64,000 nucleotides of DNA from Eledone cirrhosa (taxonomy: Eukaryota), in NCBI GenBank assembly GCA_964016885.1, contig OZ024762.1, positions 806,001 to 870,000 on the forward strand. Reading direction: 5' to 3'. Shown piece by piece: positions 1 through 12,424 of the stretch. Numbering within the stretch: the first letter of the stretch is position 1; each line of letters begins with the position of its first letter. The position numbers and the translations under genes are program-made. Under the pieces are notes generated by a model. That model saw only the letters and a list, made by a program, of their open reading frames with translations. It was not told the origin of the DNA and did not search any database.

Positions 1-289
1 AAGACATCTTGTTAGTTCTAACGACTGAGAGAGCTAGACTTAATACCACAAGACATCTTGTTAGTTCTAACGACTGAGAGAGCCAGACTTAATACCACAA
101 GACATCTTGTTAGTTCTAACGACTGAGAGAGCCAGACTTAATACCACAAGACATCTTGTTAGTTCTAACGACTGAGAGAGCTAGACTTAATACCACAAGA
201 CATCTTGTTAGTTCTAACGACTGAGAGAGCTAGACTTAATACCACAAGACATCTTGTTAGTTCTAACGACTGAGAGAGCTAGACTTAAT
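1..289. repeat. 49-bp minisatellite, ~6 copies, runs off the window edge
   Basis: aagacatcttgttagttctaacgactgagagagctagacttaataccac. Confidence 0.95.
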
Positions 290-2953
290 TTAAACAGCGG
301 GATTTGAACTCAGAATGACAAGGGCCGTAGCTCTGCATCAAAGCATGGCGTCCGACCCTCTACCGATACTGCCAATCCACCGCCATGTAAATAATAATAA
401 AACTAAGAGAGATTTAGTAGTGACACACCTGAATACCATCTTGTATAATGTTAACCTTTTGTTTTGAAAAAAACAACTTAATTCTTATATATAAAGAGGT
501 ATTTGTAACTGATATAGGAAAATTGAAACTAATATAGCTGGTGGTGGTGGGGGGTAGTGTTGATGATGGCGGTGGTGGGGGTGGAAGTGTTGATGATGGT
601 GGTGGTGGTAGAGGTAATTGTAGTGGTGATGGTAGAGATAGTAATGATGATGATGATGGTGGTGGTGGGGTGGTAGTAGTGGTGATGATGGAGGTAATAG
701 CAGTGGTAGTAGTATTAGTAGCAATGTAGTATTGGTGGTAGTATTAGTAAGAGTAAAGGGCAAAAGTAAAGTTGTGCAATAGAAGAAATGAAAGTGGTGT
801 GGTGGTGTTTGGAATGGTGCCAAGAGATGCGAGTCTGTAGAACGGAGGGGAAAACAGACACAACAAGTATTTAGCTACAAGAGCAAGTAATTATCTTATA
901 TTTCTTATTCTGATTAGCTAGAGAGAGAGAATGTGAGAGTTGTCATCATTTAAGGTCCATTTTCTCAGCATGGGATAGAGAATATCTTTGGTAAAGAAGT
1001 TATTGTCTTTGTATGTGTGGAGAACTGGACATTGGTCATTGTTTCACATCCAGTTTCTCTACTGACCACTGTAGGCTAGCCATTGACCAAGTCAGTATTG
1101 GTCATATGCTGACCACTGTAGGATGGGTTGTTGTCATTGACCAGCTCAAAAAAACTGTTTGATGGGCATTTTTCTCTTTTTGAGGGTCAGTTGAAAATGT
1201 TTCCCAAATGTTTTAGTAAGGGATCCAATCCCATCTTGAAAAATGTGAAATGAAGTGTCTTGCCTAAGACCACATGATATCCAGTCGAGGTATTGAACCC
1301 ATGACCTAACGACTACGAAGCCAACACCCTAACCACTGGATCGCGCACCTTCATATAAATATAAAAAGGCAAAACTTCTACAATGGCAGTGCCCCCAACA
1401 TGGCCTCAGAACAGCAGTGCCCCAGCATGGCCACCACCCTGTCAGCTAGAACTATTTAAAAAAATATTAAAATAGAATTCCATAAATGTGTTCTCATGTT
1501 TGGAATGTGAAACAACAAGTGAATGACATTTGAATTGATGGCAGGTTTATATATTGTTTGAAATGAGCAGCAGCAGCTTACAATAGACTGCTTTAAGTTG
1601 TAGATGGTTCTAGATGGCTACAGTTTGGTTACTACTGCTGTCTTGGTGGTGGTGGGGGTGGCATATTTTGAAGATAGTAGCACCAACAAGATAAGCTGAG
1701 AAATACAAAGAACTAAAACTCTAGATATAATAGATAGAAGTACCATATGACAGCAAAAGTACCTGTTATTACTGGCTCTTACTGTCATGGAGGTAATGGC
1801 CGTGAAATATATGTATATACACTAGGTCCGAACACCCACTGTCACTGCCCCCATCTCTCATATACACCAGATCCAAACACAAAGGAACCAAACTCCCACT
1901 GTCTTTGTCTCCATCTCTCACTATATTAAGCAAATGTGGTCTCATGCGCTGGCTGGCCCCGGGCGAACAGAATAGAGAAGGTGTTCACCCAGCGGATGGT
2001 GAGGGAGATGTGTTAGAAGAGACATTCCAGCTCTCGAGGTTTACACCTGCGGGTAACCAACTCTGTGTTGGTGGTGGTGAGTAGGGAGGTGGTCCTAAGA
2101 CCAAGGATAGCAGAAGTCTCCACTGCTATGAGCTCGACTTCAAACCTGTGAGAGAGCGACTAATGTTTACTGTTCAACTTGTTTGTATTTCTAGTGATAT
2201 GCACCGGGTCGGTTGCCCAAGGCCTCGACAGCCGGCAACCTAACGTGTCCCCAGACCTCATACAGCTGACTTCCTAATGCTAGCAGCCTGTCTGAGGAAG
2301 GAGCTATGCGAGGTGTACTGTGGTGGCTGTTGCGGCAGATATCGCTGGCGTCCATGAGGTACAGCCAAAACACCAATCTAACTCAGGTGTAGAGTCTGTC
2401 ACGCTCTCCAATAATCCTTGCCTCTTTCCCTCCCATCTGTAGCATTTAACAAAGTCAGAGATGATTCTGCATGAATAAAACATCTGGCCTGGCCTGTCTC
2501 ACAGTGGGACAACTCATCTAACCCATGCTAGCATGGAAAACTGGACGTTAAACGCTGATGGTGACGATGAACGCCCTAACCACAAGGCCACATGACTTCA
2601 GCAGTACTATTAAACCAACCAGCAGGAGTAGACCTACAGCAAGATGGTTGGATAACATCCATGAGCTTGGCTGGCCTCATTTGGGAATCCAGCCAGGTCA
2701 GTTGGAGACACGCTGGAAGGAGTATTTGAGGACTCTACTCCCACAACCCTCTCAGGAATAAGTGGGCAAAGAAGAAGGTTAAACATAGGTAGTGTCTTTC
2801 ATTAGAAATATGGTAATGAAAGGGTTAATGACATAGACAGGGTCTTTCATTAGAAATATGGTAATGAAAGGGTTAAAGTTTGTCAAATAATAACTCTAAT
2901 TAAATGTGTATTTTTTTTCTTTTCAGTTCTTTGGTGAAGTTGGTCATACATTT

Positions 2954-3004
2954 ATGGAGTTTGTTACCAATAGTGGAGATTTCTGCCAGGCGCAGCACGT
3001 GTAA
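2954..3004 (+). promoter_or_regulatory. Upstream ORF (MEFVTNSGDFCQAQHV*) in the PRL/PTP4A 5'UTR
   Basis: ATG 2954, TAA 3002-3004, 27 nt downstream of a strong acceptor (ttttttttcttttcag|2927). The DFCQAQH motif resembles the vertebrate PTP4A1/2 uORF peptide as I recall it. Confidence 0.75.
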
Positions 3005-3449
3005 TAGTGGTGTTTGTACTGTGTATCAACCGAAGTGAACTTCCGAGAGGAGAAAAAAAAGAAAAAAAAGACGACTGGAGACAGTTTTTAGCCTGTTGCG
3101 TGATCACGTAAAGTTTGCTGTTGTAGTGTTTGTGGTTGAAGAGTTCTTGGATGGCGACAACTTGTGTTTTCAACATACTTGCTTCTCTTCTTTGTTTTAC
3201 CTGGATTACTGCAGTGGATGTACCGCTGGATAGCAGCTAGCTGGGGTGCGTACCCAACTGTAGGTCCTTAACCACTACTAGGTGCTGCTTAGATACCAAT
3301 TTAAGGTGCTCCTACAGACCCACCTGTTCTTGTATTTTCGGTGGAGCTCACCTCAGTAAACACACCTTATTTGGCAGGATTACAGAGCTCTCTGCTCTAA
3401 TATTTAATTTTTCTTATTGTCAATTTCATACATCGACCAAACTGTAACC

Positions 3450-3560
3450 ATGCGAGCCACTAGAGCCATTAAACCAGAACCTGCTGAAATTTCTCACAAA
3501 CATATGAAGTTTCTGATAATGGATCGGCCAACTGATGGCACCTTAGATAAATTCGTTGAA
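3450..3560 (+). CDS. PTP4A: PRL/PTP4A phosphatase coding exon 1 (exon probably starts at 2927 with a ~520-nt 5'UTR)
   Basis: accATG; MRATRAIKPEPAEISHKHMKFLIMDRPTDGTLDKFVE then GTAAGA donor, phase 0; typical PRL N-terminus. Confidence 0.95.
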
Positions 3561-4194
3561 GTAAGAACACATATATAGTTTTTATTATTATTTTCTTTCC
3601 TTTGTTTTTGTGTTATTGTCTTCTTTAAACTGTCAGTCCCTAATACCTTGTGTTGATTATGTCCCTTAGTAAGGTGACAAGATGACAGTCCCTAATACCT
3701 TGTATTGATTATGTCCCTTAGTAAGGTGACAAGATGACAGTTCTTAATACCTTGTGTTGATTATGTCCCTTTGTAAGGTAGCAAGATGACAGTCCCTATA
3801 GTGTAGGAACTGGGATTAGATACCTTGTGTTGTTTATCTCTTATAATTCCTGATATGTAGATGTTATATGTATCGTGTGTTGTGTAAATAATTGTTAACT
3901 GTTTCTGATTAACTTATTGTTTACATATGTATGGCCCATTGTCAGCACATTGTAACAGACGTAGAAATTAAAGAATGGATTATATATGTGTGTGTGTGTA
4001 TGTATGTATATATATATATACCCCTACACAAAGTTGTCTTCATTGATTAACGCATGTATACACACTCTGGTCAACTGGGTTCAAATTTTAATACAAACTT
4101 AATTGGTTGAATGAAGCCCTGTGCTTTATCCTGTTTACACTGTTGTTTATTAATTAGAGCATTGCAAACGCAACCTTGATTACCAGTTAATAAA

Positions 4195-4229
<35 letters not shown>

Positions 4230-4434
4230 CGTATATTTATATGCACAGACACAATAGGAGTTTGTATTGCTGAAGTTTTGTCTGTTTCTGTGTTTTTGTT
4301 GGAAAATTGTCAACATTTCTTCTGCCATTTCTATACTACATTCCATAGCAACATTCTCCTCCATGCTTCAAACCACATTTCTACACTCACAAAATACAGT
4401 GAAATATATACATAGAAGTTTAATTTGTTGTTGT

Positions 4435-4865
4435 TTAGCCTCAGGTCAGCTCTCGTTAGTCACAAGTCAGTTTTCATTAGCTTCAGGTCAGCTGTTATTT
4501 AAACCTATGGCTTTAGCCTCAGGTCAGCTGTCATTAGGTTGACCTAGGACTTTAGCCTCAGGTCAGTTGTCATTAGGTTGACCCTGTGACTTTAGCCTCA
4601 GGTCTGTTGTCATTAGGTTGACCCTGTGACTTTAGCCTCAGGTCAATTGTCATTAGGTTGACCCTGTGACTTTAGCCTCAGATCAGTTGTCATTAGGTTG
4701 ACCCTGTGACTTTAGCCTCAGATCAGTTGTCATTAGGTTACCCTGTGGCTTTAGCCTCAGGTCAATTGTCATTAGGTTGACCCTGTGACTTTAGCCTCAG
4801 ATCAGTTGTCATTAGGTTGACCCTGTGACTTTAGCCACAGGTCAGCTCTCATTCAGTAGACCTAT
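4435..4865. repeat. 40-bp minisatellite
   Basis: tgactttagcctcaggtcagttgtcattaggttgaccctg. Confidence 0.9.
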
Positions 4866-5288
4866 GGCCAAAAATTGTTTCGGCCATGATCATTGTTTTC
4901 ATATAAACATTGGAGAGTGGTTTGTGTTTAGAGAACACGGAATCATGTGGGTGCAAAGTAAATATTTTTCACCACATGACTGGCTTAATGCCTTTCATAC
5001 CAACCCAGTACACCATGTAATGGGTGCATTTTATCATGGCCTCAACACAACCTCTTTACAGAGTGCATGGTATCATATCTAATGTAGCTACATGGGTCTG
5101 TTTATCATGTCTAATGTAACTACATGGGTCTGTTTATCATGTCTAATGTAACTACATGGGTCTGTTTATCAACATCAATGTAACTACGTTTCTGTTTATC
5201 TACTATAGCTACATGGTTCTATATTTAATGTAGCTACATGTTTCTATTTATCAACATCAATCTACAATTTATTTTAACTCTGTTTCAG

Positions 5289-5381
5289 GAACTGAAATCT
5301 CGTGGTGCCAAAGACGTGGTTAGAGTCTGCGAACCTACCTATTCCACAGAGAAATTAAATTCAGAAGGTATCAAGGTGTAT
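5289..5381 (+). CDS. PTP4A: PRL/PTP4A coding exon 2
   Basis: tttcag|ELKSRGAKDVVRVCEPTYSTEKLNSEGIKVY|gtaagt; 93 nt; includes the regulatory Cys (VRVCE). Confidence 0.97.
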
Positions 5382-5674
5382 GTAAGTATGAACCCTAACT
5401 TATGTCGTTCATTATATTATGGGGAAGACAGGGTTACCACTTAGTCAGGAAGATAATGAATCGTGGCCTGGTACAGAGGGTATCTTAGGTATGTGGGAGG
5501 TAAAAATAGAGGCCATACAGGGTGTCCAAGATATGTGGTTAATGACATAGACTGTCTTTTATTAGAAATATGGTAATGAAAGGGTTAATGACACAGACAG
5601 TGTCTTTCATTAGAAATATGGTAATGAAAGGGTTAATGACATAGGCAGTGTCTTTCATTAGAAATATGGTAATT

Positions 5675-5935
5675 CTTCTTATCGTGTCCACAAGAGTATC
5701 GGCTACAAAGCTTGGCTAGATGTGGTTCCGCCACACCTGAACACATTGCTGTCCTTTCTCGTTAAACCCTGCCAAGTCCAATGCTGTGCAGGGGTGTTCC
5801 AGCAGGGGGCATATCAGAAGGTGCGGTGTAGTCTGTGGTTTGATGTCGCAGTCACACACAACCTCCCCATCCTTTAAATATCCCCATTTTGCAAGTGTGA
5901 CTTTTGCATGTCGAACACCAGAGAGTTCCACTATG
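5675..5935 (-). mobile_element. Non-LTR retrotransposon 3' fragment (CCHC end) in PRL intron
   Basis: LAKWGY..CDCDIKPQTTPHLLICP..W* followed by an aagaag tail. Confidence 0.65.
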
Positions 5936-6004
5936 AGAAGATGACTGTCTTATCTCCCTTGTTCTAATATGTCTGCTGTCTAACAATGTCTGTTTTATTG
6001 ACAG

Positions 6005-6135
6005 GACTGGAAATTTGATGATGGGAGCCACCCACCTACCCATGTCATTGATGATTGGTTAAATCTTTTAAAAGCACGTTTCAGAGAAGATCCTGGCTGC
6101 TGCGTTGCTGTACACTGTGTAGCTGGACTTGGAAG
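6005..6135 (+). CDS. PTP4A: PRL/PTP4A coding exon 3 (catalytic)
   Basis: acag|[43 protein letters not shown](R)|gtaggg; 131 nt; PRL P-loop HCVAGLGR. Confidence 0.97.
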
Positions 6136-6187
6136 GTAGGGCTCTTTCTCTCTCTCTTATTTATATATACACATACATACATGTGTT

Positions 6188-6238
<51 letters not shown>

Positions 6239-6268
6239 GTGTGTGTTTGTGTTTATTTCTCTCTCTCC

Positions 6269-6301
<33 letters not shown>

Positions 6302-6781
6302 CTTTTTACGCAAACTTGAAGTACTCAAATTTTCTTTAACACCTCTTGAAACAATGTTGAATGTTCACTTTACACAAATACCACGCTACAACTCATGTGG
6401 TTTTTTTTTTTTTTATTTGAAATATAAAATAATAGAATTAAAATTGAATTACATGAATTTGCTTTATGCAGTGTGGACAAACACATCTTCACGTAAGAAC
6501 ACAGCATTGACAAACGCATCTTCACGTAACTACACCTCATTGACAAACGCATCTTCATGTAACAACCGAACAGGCTGCAAATATATATTTGTCTGTCTCT
6601 CTTGTGAAAACTCTGCAGTAAACTAAAGTAAAGACTTTAATATTTAGTGTGGCACAGTTAAAGTGTTATACTAAATAACATCTTACTAATATGGTTTATT
6701 AATTCAAATGTACATTGTATCTTTACTAGTGGACAGATTGTTGTAAAGATTTTGCAGTATTAGAGTTAAAACTTTAATATT

Positions 6782-7135
6782 TAACCCTTTAGCATTTACA
6801 TTACTCTATATATACTATTGTATTTTCACAGTAAAGGCTTTACCTCACATAATATCTTACATAACATTTACATTACTCTATATATACTATTGTATTTTCA
6901 CAGTAAAGGCTTTACCTCACATAATATCTTACATAACATTTACATTACTCTATATATACTATTGTATTTTTGTGGTATGGGCTTTACCTTACCTTACCTA
7001 ATATCAAATCTACAAGATTTTGATATTATTTATTTTGAGAACAATACCTTAACATCAGTATACGTGGCTGGTTTGAACAGGAAGGAGTGAGATAATTCTA
7101 GCTGGATATGGCCAGTATAAACGCTAAAGGGTTAA
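6782..7135 (+). mobile_element. piggyBac-like MITE (TTAA-CCCTTT...AAAGGG-TTAA) with an internal tandem repeat
   Basis: TTAA flanks and TIR cccttt(a)gc(a/g)ttta; family copies at 10073-10239, 25735-25925, 34668-34892(-) and 35722-37787(-, interrupted). Confidence 0.75.
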
Positions 7136-7206
7136 TGTGATACAGTTGTTTTGTATTAATGTCTTAATGTATTTTCATGTCTCTTATATATTTGACTCTG
7201 TTGTAG

Positions 7207-7281
7207 GGCTCCTGTATTAGTAGCTCTGGCATTGACAGAATGTGGCATGAAATATGAAGATGCAGTGGAGTTGATCAGAAC
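7207..7281 (+). CDS. PTP4A: PRL/PTP4A coding exon 4
   Basis: tgtag|(R)APVLVALALTECGMKYEDAVELIR(T)|gtaagt; 75 nt; phases consistent. Confidence 0.97.
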
Positions 7282-8075
7282 GTAAGTAACTCTTTATATT
7301 TCTTGATTTTTGACTGTTTTCAGTATTGCTTTGAAGTTGTTAAACTGTTTATTTCACTAGTCCTTTATTGTCTGTATAATTCTTGACAGTAACTGTTCCA
7401 GTGCTGTTGCCAGTAGACTCTGTAAAGTGGTGGGTCTTTGGGAGGCCAGCTGTAGGGATCCTGCCAAAAATGGAATGTATAAGCTAGACGTTTATCTGAG
7501 GGTGTTAAATAAGGGAGGTGTGTGGGTTTAGATTGGTGTGAGAGGGGTTCAAATGTGTGGGTTTAGGTTTGTGTCAGGATGGTCATCTGAAAGAGGTTTT
7601 AGGAGGGGTCTCTCACTAGAATTCTCTTCCCAATCTTGTCTAACTTTAGAAAACAGGAAGATACAATATTAACCATATTTTTTAGTATTGTCAAGGGAGG
7701 TAATTCTAAATATTTGGACAGGAGAATGTCTGATTTTACACAGAACCTTCGGTGGAAGGTAATTGTTTTGGTGTGTGTATATACATACATATGTGTGTGT
7801 ATATACATGAATATATGTACAGAATCAATTAGAGACGGTTGCTTCTGACAGGACCCACTGGAAGGAGTGTTTGAGGACTCGGGAATAAGTGGGTGAAGAA
7901 GAAAAAGGAAATATAAGGCTATATCTTTCTATATATTTGTAGTAAGGTGTTATCAATGTTTAATATAAAGGCTATATGTTTAATGTAAAGGTGATATGTT
8001 TTCTGTGTGTTTAATATAAAGGCTATATATCTATATTTGTTTAATATAAAGGTGATATGTTTTGTCTATTTGTAG

Positions 8076-8184
8076 TAAGCGGAGAGGTGCTATCAATGCA
8101 AAACAGCTGCAATGGTTGGAGCATTACCGTCCAAAGTCTCGCTTAAAGATGAAGAATTCTCACAAACGGTGCTGCATCAACTGA
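8076..8184 (+). CDS. PTP4A: PRL/PTP4A last coding exon (polybasic region + CaaX CCIN); full protein 172 aa
   Basis: tttgtag|(T)KRRGAINAKQLQWLEHYRPKSRLKMKNSHKRCCIN*; exon lengths sum to 519 nt. Confidence 0.97.
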
Positions 8185-11100
8185 GCAACTTGCGGGGTCC
8201 TGTCAGCTTGGCCTATAGTCACTCTTGATTGGCATACAGTCCAAGATACCAAGGAAGCTAATAAGCTTGAAGTCAACACCACACTTCAAGCTCCATCAAT
8301 ATAGCTTCCTCTTCTTCTTCTCCTTCTTTCTTCTTTCCTCCTCTTCCTTTTTCTCCTTCCTTCCTCCTCACCCATTCACATCACACGGAGTTTCTCTCTC
8401 TCCATTACAGATATGTCTCCTAATCCAGTTCAACTCCAACGCCATCTCTTTCAGTAGTCATCAAGTTTGCTCTCATTTAATTTATTTTTTTAAAATAGTT
8501 TATACTTCATTATAACATCTGTAATAATAATAATGATAATAATGATGATGATGATAATAATAATGATAATGATGATGATGATTTTGAATTTTGTTGTCTA
8601 AGATTTATTCTTTAGAAGAGGACAAAAAAAAAATCCACAATAAATTTTTTAAAAAAACCTCCCTTTTTTTTTTTTTTTTTTTTTTTAGTCATTTCTATTT
8701 TATTTTATCTGCAGAAGTTTTTTGGGGGATTTTCAACGTTTCTTATTTATTTTTTTTTTTTTTTTTTTTTTTTTTTGTATTTGAGAGAAGGAAAAACACA
8801 AAAAAAAAAGAAAAGAAAAACCCCTCAACTCGTCTCGTCATTTTTTGATGCAATGAAAGTTAATTTTAGTGGTTTCAGTCAGTCATGAGACTGTGGCCAT
8901 GCTGAAGCACCACTTATCCTCTCCTCTCCTCTGGGTTTCAGTCATTAGATTGCAGGACTGCAGTCATTAGACTGGCCATCCTGGAGCATCCCTTTATCCT
9001 CCCCCTCAGGGTTTTGGTCATGTGACTGCAGGACTGTGGTCATTAGACTGTGACCATCCTGGGGCACCATCTTACCCCATCCTCCTCTCCTCAGGGTTTC
9101 GGTCATGTGACTATGGCCATACTGGGGCATCACCTTATTTTCCTTTCCAACTCTCCTCAAGGTTTCAGTAATGAGACTATGGCCATGCTGGGGCACAGCA
9201 TTCCCCTTCATCGTGTTGTTATTCAATAACCACTGCTGACTTTACAGAAAGTTTATCTGTTGTTGGTCTGCAGTCCCCCACCCCTCCTACTTCTCCCCCT
9301 CTCATACTTAGAATCATCTGTGATGAAACAATTTGTTATAAGTTTTAACAAGTTAATGAAATCCCCCACCCTGGGTCTCATCTATACTGTGGGTAACGTT
9401 TAGTTGACCAGGACTTTAGCCTCATCAATGCATCCATATTTTTAATGAAGTACTCTCTATTTCTATTAATTAGTGAATAATTATTTCATTACTAAGATAG
9501 TTTATTGTAATGTAACTAAGGTGTTTTATATAGAATTATGTCCAAAATTTTAATTTACACACAAAATCTTTAATCCTTAACGTGTTCTGGGTGCCTTATG
9601 TCACCAATAGAGTAATCTCTCCTGAATACATAATGCAAGTGTCAAGGGAAGTAATTCATAAAAATCTTCAGCGGGCTAAAGATTAAAATTGGTTTTGTTT
9701 CATAAAACCAGGGCCAGTTTAGCTAAGTTGGTATCAAAAGACTTAAACAATTTGAAATAAGTCAATTATTTGATATATTTTTAATGACACAGTATTTTAA
9801 TTAAGAATTTTGAGGGATTTACTAAAATGATTTCATTACGAAAATATAGTATTTATAAGATCATGTATCAAAAAGGTTTTTTTTTTGTGTGTAAAATTTA
9901 AAATTGTTTGAAGATATTAATTGAAATGGAAACCCTTAAAATAGGAAGTGTTGTATCATAAAAGGGGCCAGATGTGGCTGGGTTGGTATGAAAAGGGGTA
10001 AATAGGAACCCTTGAAACCAGAACCAGTTTCAGCTGGCCTGTCATGGTGTGGATTTAGAAAGTTAGCCTATTTAACCCATTACCATTTACATTACTCTAT
10101 ATATGCTATTGTATTTTCACAGTAAAGGTTTTACCTTACAATATCGAATCTGAGATTTTGATGATATTTATTTTGAGAATAATACCATAACGTCAGTATG
10201 AGTTGCCGGTTACAGCCAGTTTAAATGCTAAAGGGTTAAAGGAGGTATGTTCGATAGGTAAAAGATAATCTTTAGGAACAATAAACTGTTTATTAATTTA
10301 ATTAATTATAAGAAATATTGTAATATACATTATTTATTTTATAATAAATACCTCGCATTCTACTTCAGATTTTTTTTTTTTTTTTTTTTTTTATGAATGC
10401 ATTCTAAATCCCCCTCCCCCTCTGTGATTTATTATTTTGCTAATCATTATAATTACCTTTGAATAATTAGAAATGTTTTATGTATTTCATTAATTATATC
10501 ACATCAGAAATGAAAAAAATAGGTTATTTTCATAACATCCCCTTCTCATGGTGTACTTTGGCTGTCCACAGAGAAATGCTAATTTTCTTCTTCAACTGCG
10601 TCTCATTTGTTCTGTTTTAAAAAGTATTTTAAGTAAAACAAGCAAAAACTCTTCCTGATTAGTGCCTTTCTTTCAGTCTTTTTTTTATATTGTATAAATT
10701 ATAAATTAATTTAATAAGTTCCTATATTGTTTTCCATATTATAAACAATAAGTTCCAAATATCATTTTACATATTATTGCAAACTAAAAGATTACAGTAA
10801 GGTAGCAGATATCGATGCAAGCCCCTTTTTATAAAAAAAGAAGGGAGGTATTTTTATTTTGCCCTAATAAACTTGCTGTGACCATCTACAATCAACAGTC
10901 TTTTCTTTTTTTTTTTATGCAAAAAAGACTTTTCCAAAATGTCGCACAAAATAGCCAAAAACTTGCTTATTTAGTTTAGTAAATGTTCCTCCTTTAATTT
11001 ACCTATGTACCCCACCCCTGCCCCCAATTTATAATTATATATATTATTTTTTTTATTTGGTTAATTTTTAAAATTAAAACGGATATATACATTTAAGGTG

Positions 11101-11901
11101 TCTTTTTTATTATTTTGAGAAATTTAGACTTATTTTCGCCACCACAAACAACCTTCGGGTAAAGGTTAGAATATGTGTGTATATATATATGTATGTACAT
11201 ATATATGTATGTATGTGTGTGTGGATATGTATATATATATGTGTGTGTGTGTGTATATATATATATTACTAAATAGTTAATATACAATTACCTATTTTCC
11301 TTTTGTTTTTGTTTTTTCATTAAGTAAAAATTTTATTAAATTTATGGGGATAGTTTGAAAAGAGTCATCAAACACTCTTTCCAGCGGAACTTGATCCAGT
11401 TAAATTCCCCGAGACCAGCCAAGCTCATGGATGTTATTCAACCATCTTGCTTGGGAGGTCTATATATTCTTTTTTTTTTTTTTTTCCTTGTATCTTCTCC
11501 CACCCCATCCTTCTGCCACCCTAAATAATTCATATCTAACAGAATTATGGAATAGATGCACAAATATGTGTTCCCTTTATTGGTTGTGAGAAAAACAATT
11601 TTTTTTTTTTTAAGTAATTTCAAAACCTAAATTTCTGCTCGAACAAGACAATATTTCTAACTCACCACATATTTATAATATTTATATAAATGTTTGGTTT
11701 TTAATCTATAAAATATAAACATGTGACTTGTATATTAATTAATTAATTAATTAACAGTGAAAAATATTTGATTAGATTTAGACATTTTGGTTGTTCGTTT
11801 TTTTTTTTCATTTTAAACGGAAAAAGAAGTGAAAATATACCTGTATTTTATGTTGCTATATATATATATATGTATATATATAATGTATACACACATACAT
11901 A

Positions 11902-12086
11902 TACAAGGGTAGGCTGACTATGAAGGAGCGATGCTAGAACTGAAATCTTGCATGCATTAATTTCAACTCTTATTAGAAGTAACTGCATTGTTTCTTTCTA
12001 GGAACTATGTTGAAAAAATAAACCTCATTTGGTCATTCCATGAGATAATCTCGGTCAGCCTATGGAATTTTCAGCCAAATCTTGTA
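11902..12086. mobile_element. Mariner-like MITE
   Basis: TA-flanked ends tacaaggg..taggctgac / gtcagccta..cttgta; related fragment at 33389-33590. Confidence 0.55.
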
Positions 12087-12094
12087 CATGTATA

Positions 12095-12137
<43 letters not shown>

Positions 12138-12424
12138 ATATACACATATATATATATATCTGTGATGATGTTTTTAACTATTTTTTTTATTTTTTATTAT
12201 CATTGCCTCTAACATTAGGTGAAGGGCAGCAATTGGTGTTGGGGGGGAGTTTGTTATATTGGCCCCCATTGCGTAACTGGTAGTGGGATTTAAACTCACA
12301 CATGAAGAGCTCTAAGAAACCCATTGAATTATTTCTTCTGGCTTTTTCACCAAAGTCGATAAAATAACGTACCAGTAATACACTGGGGTAGATAAAATAA
12401 TGTACCAGTTATTATTGGTCAGTA

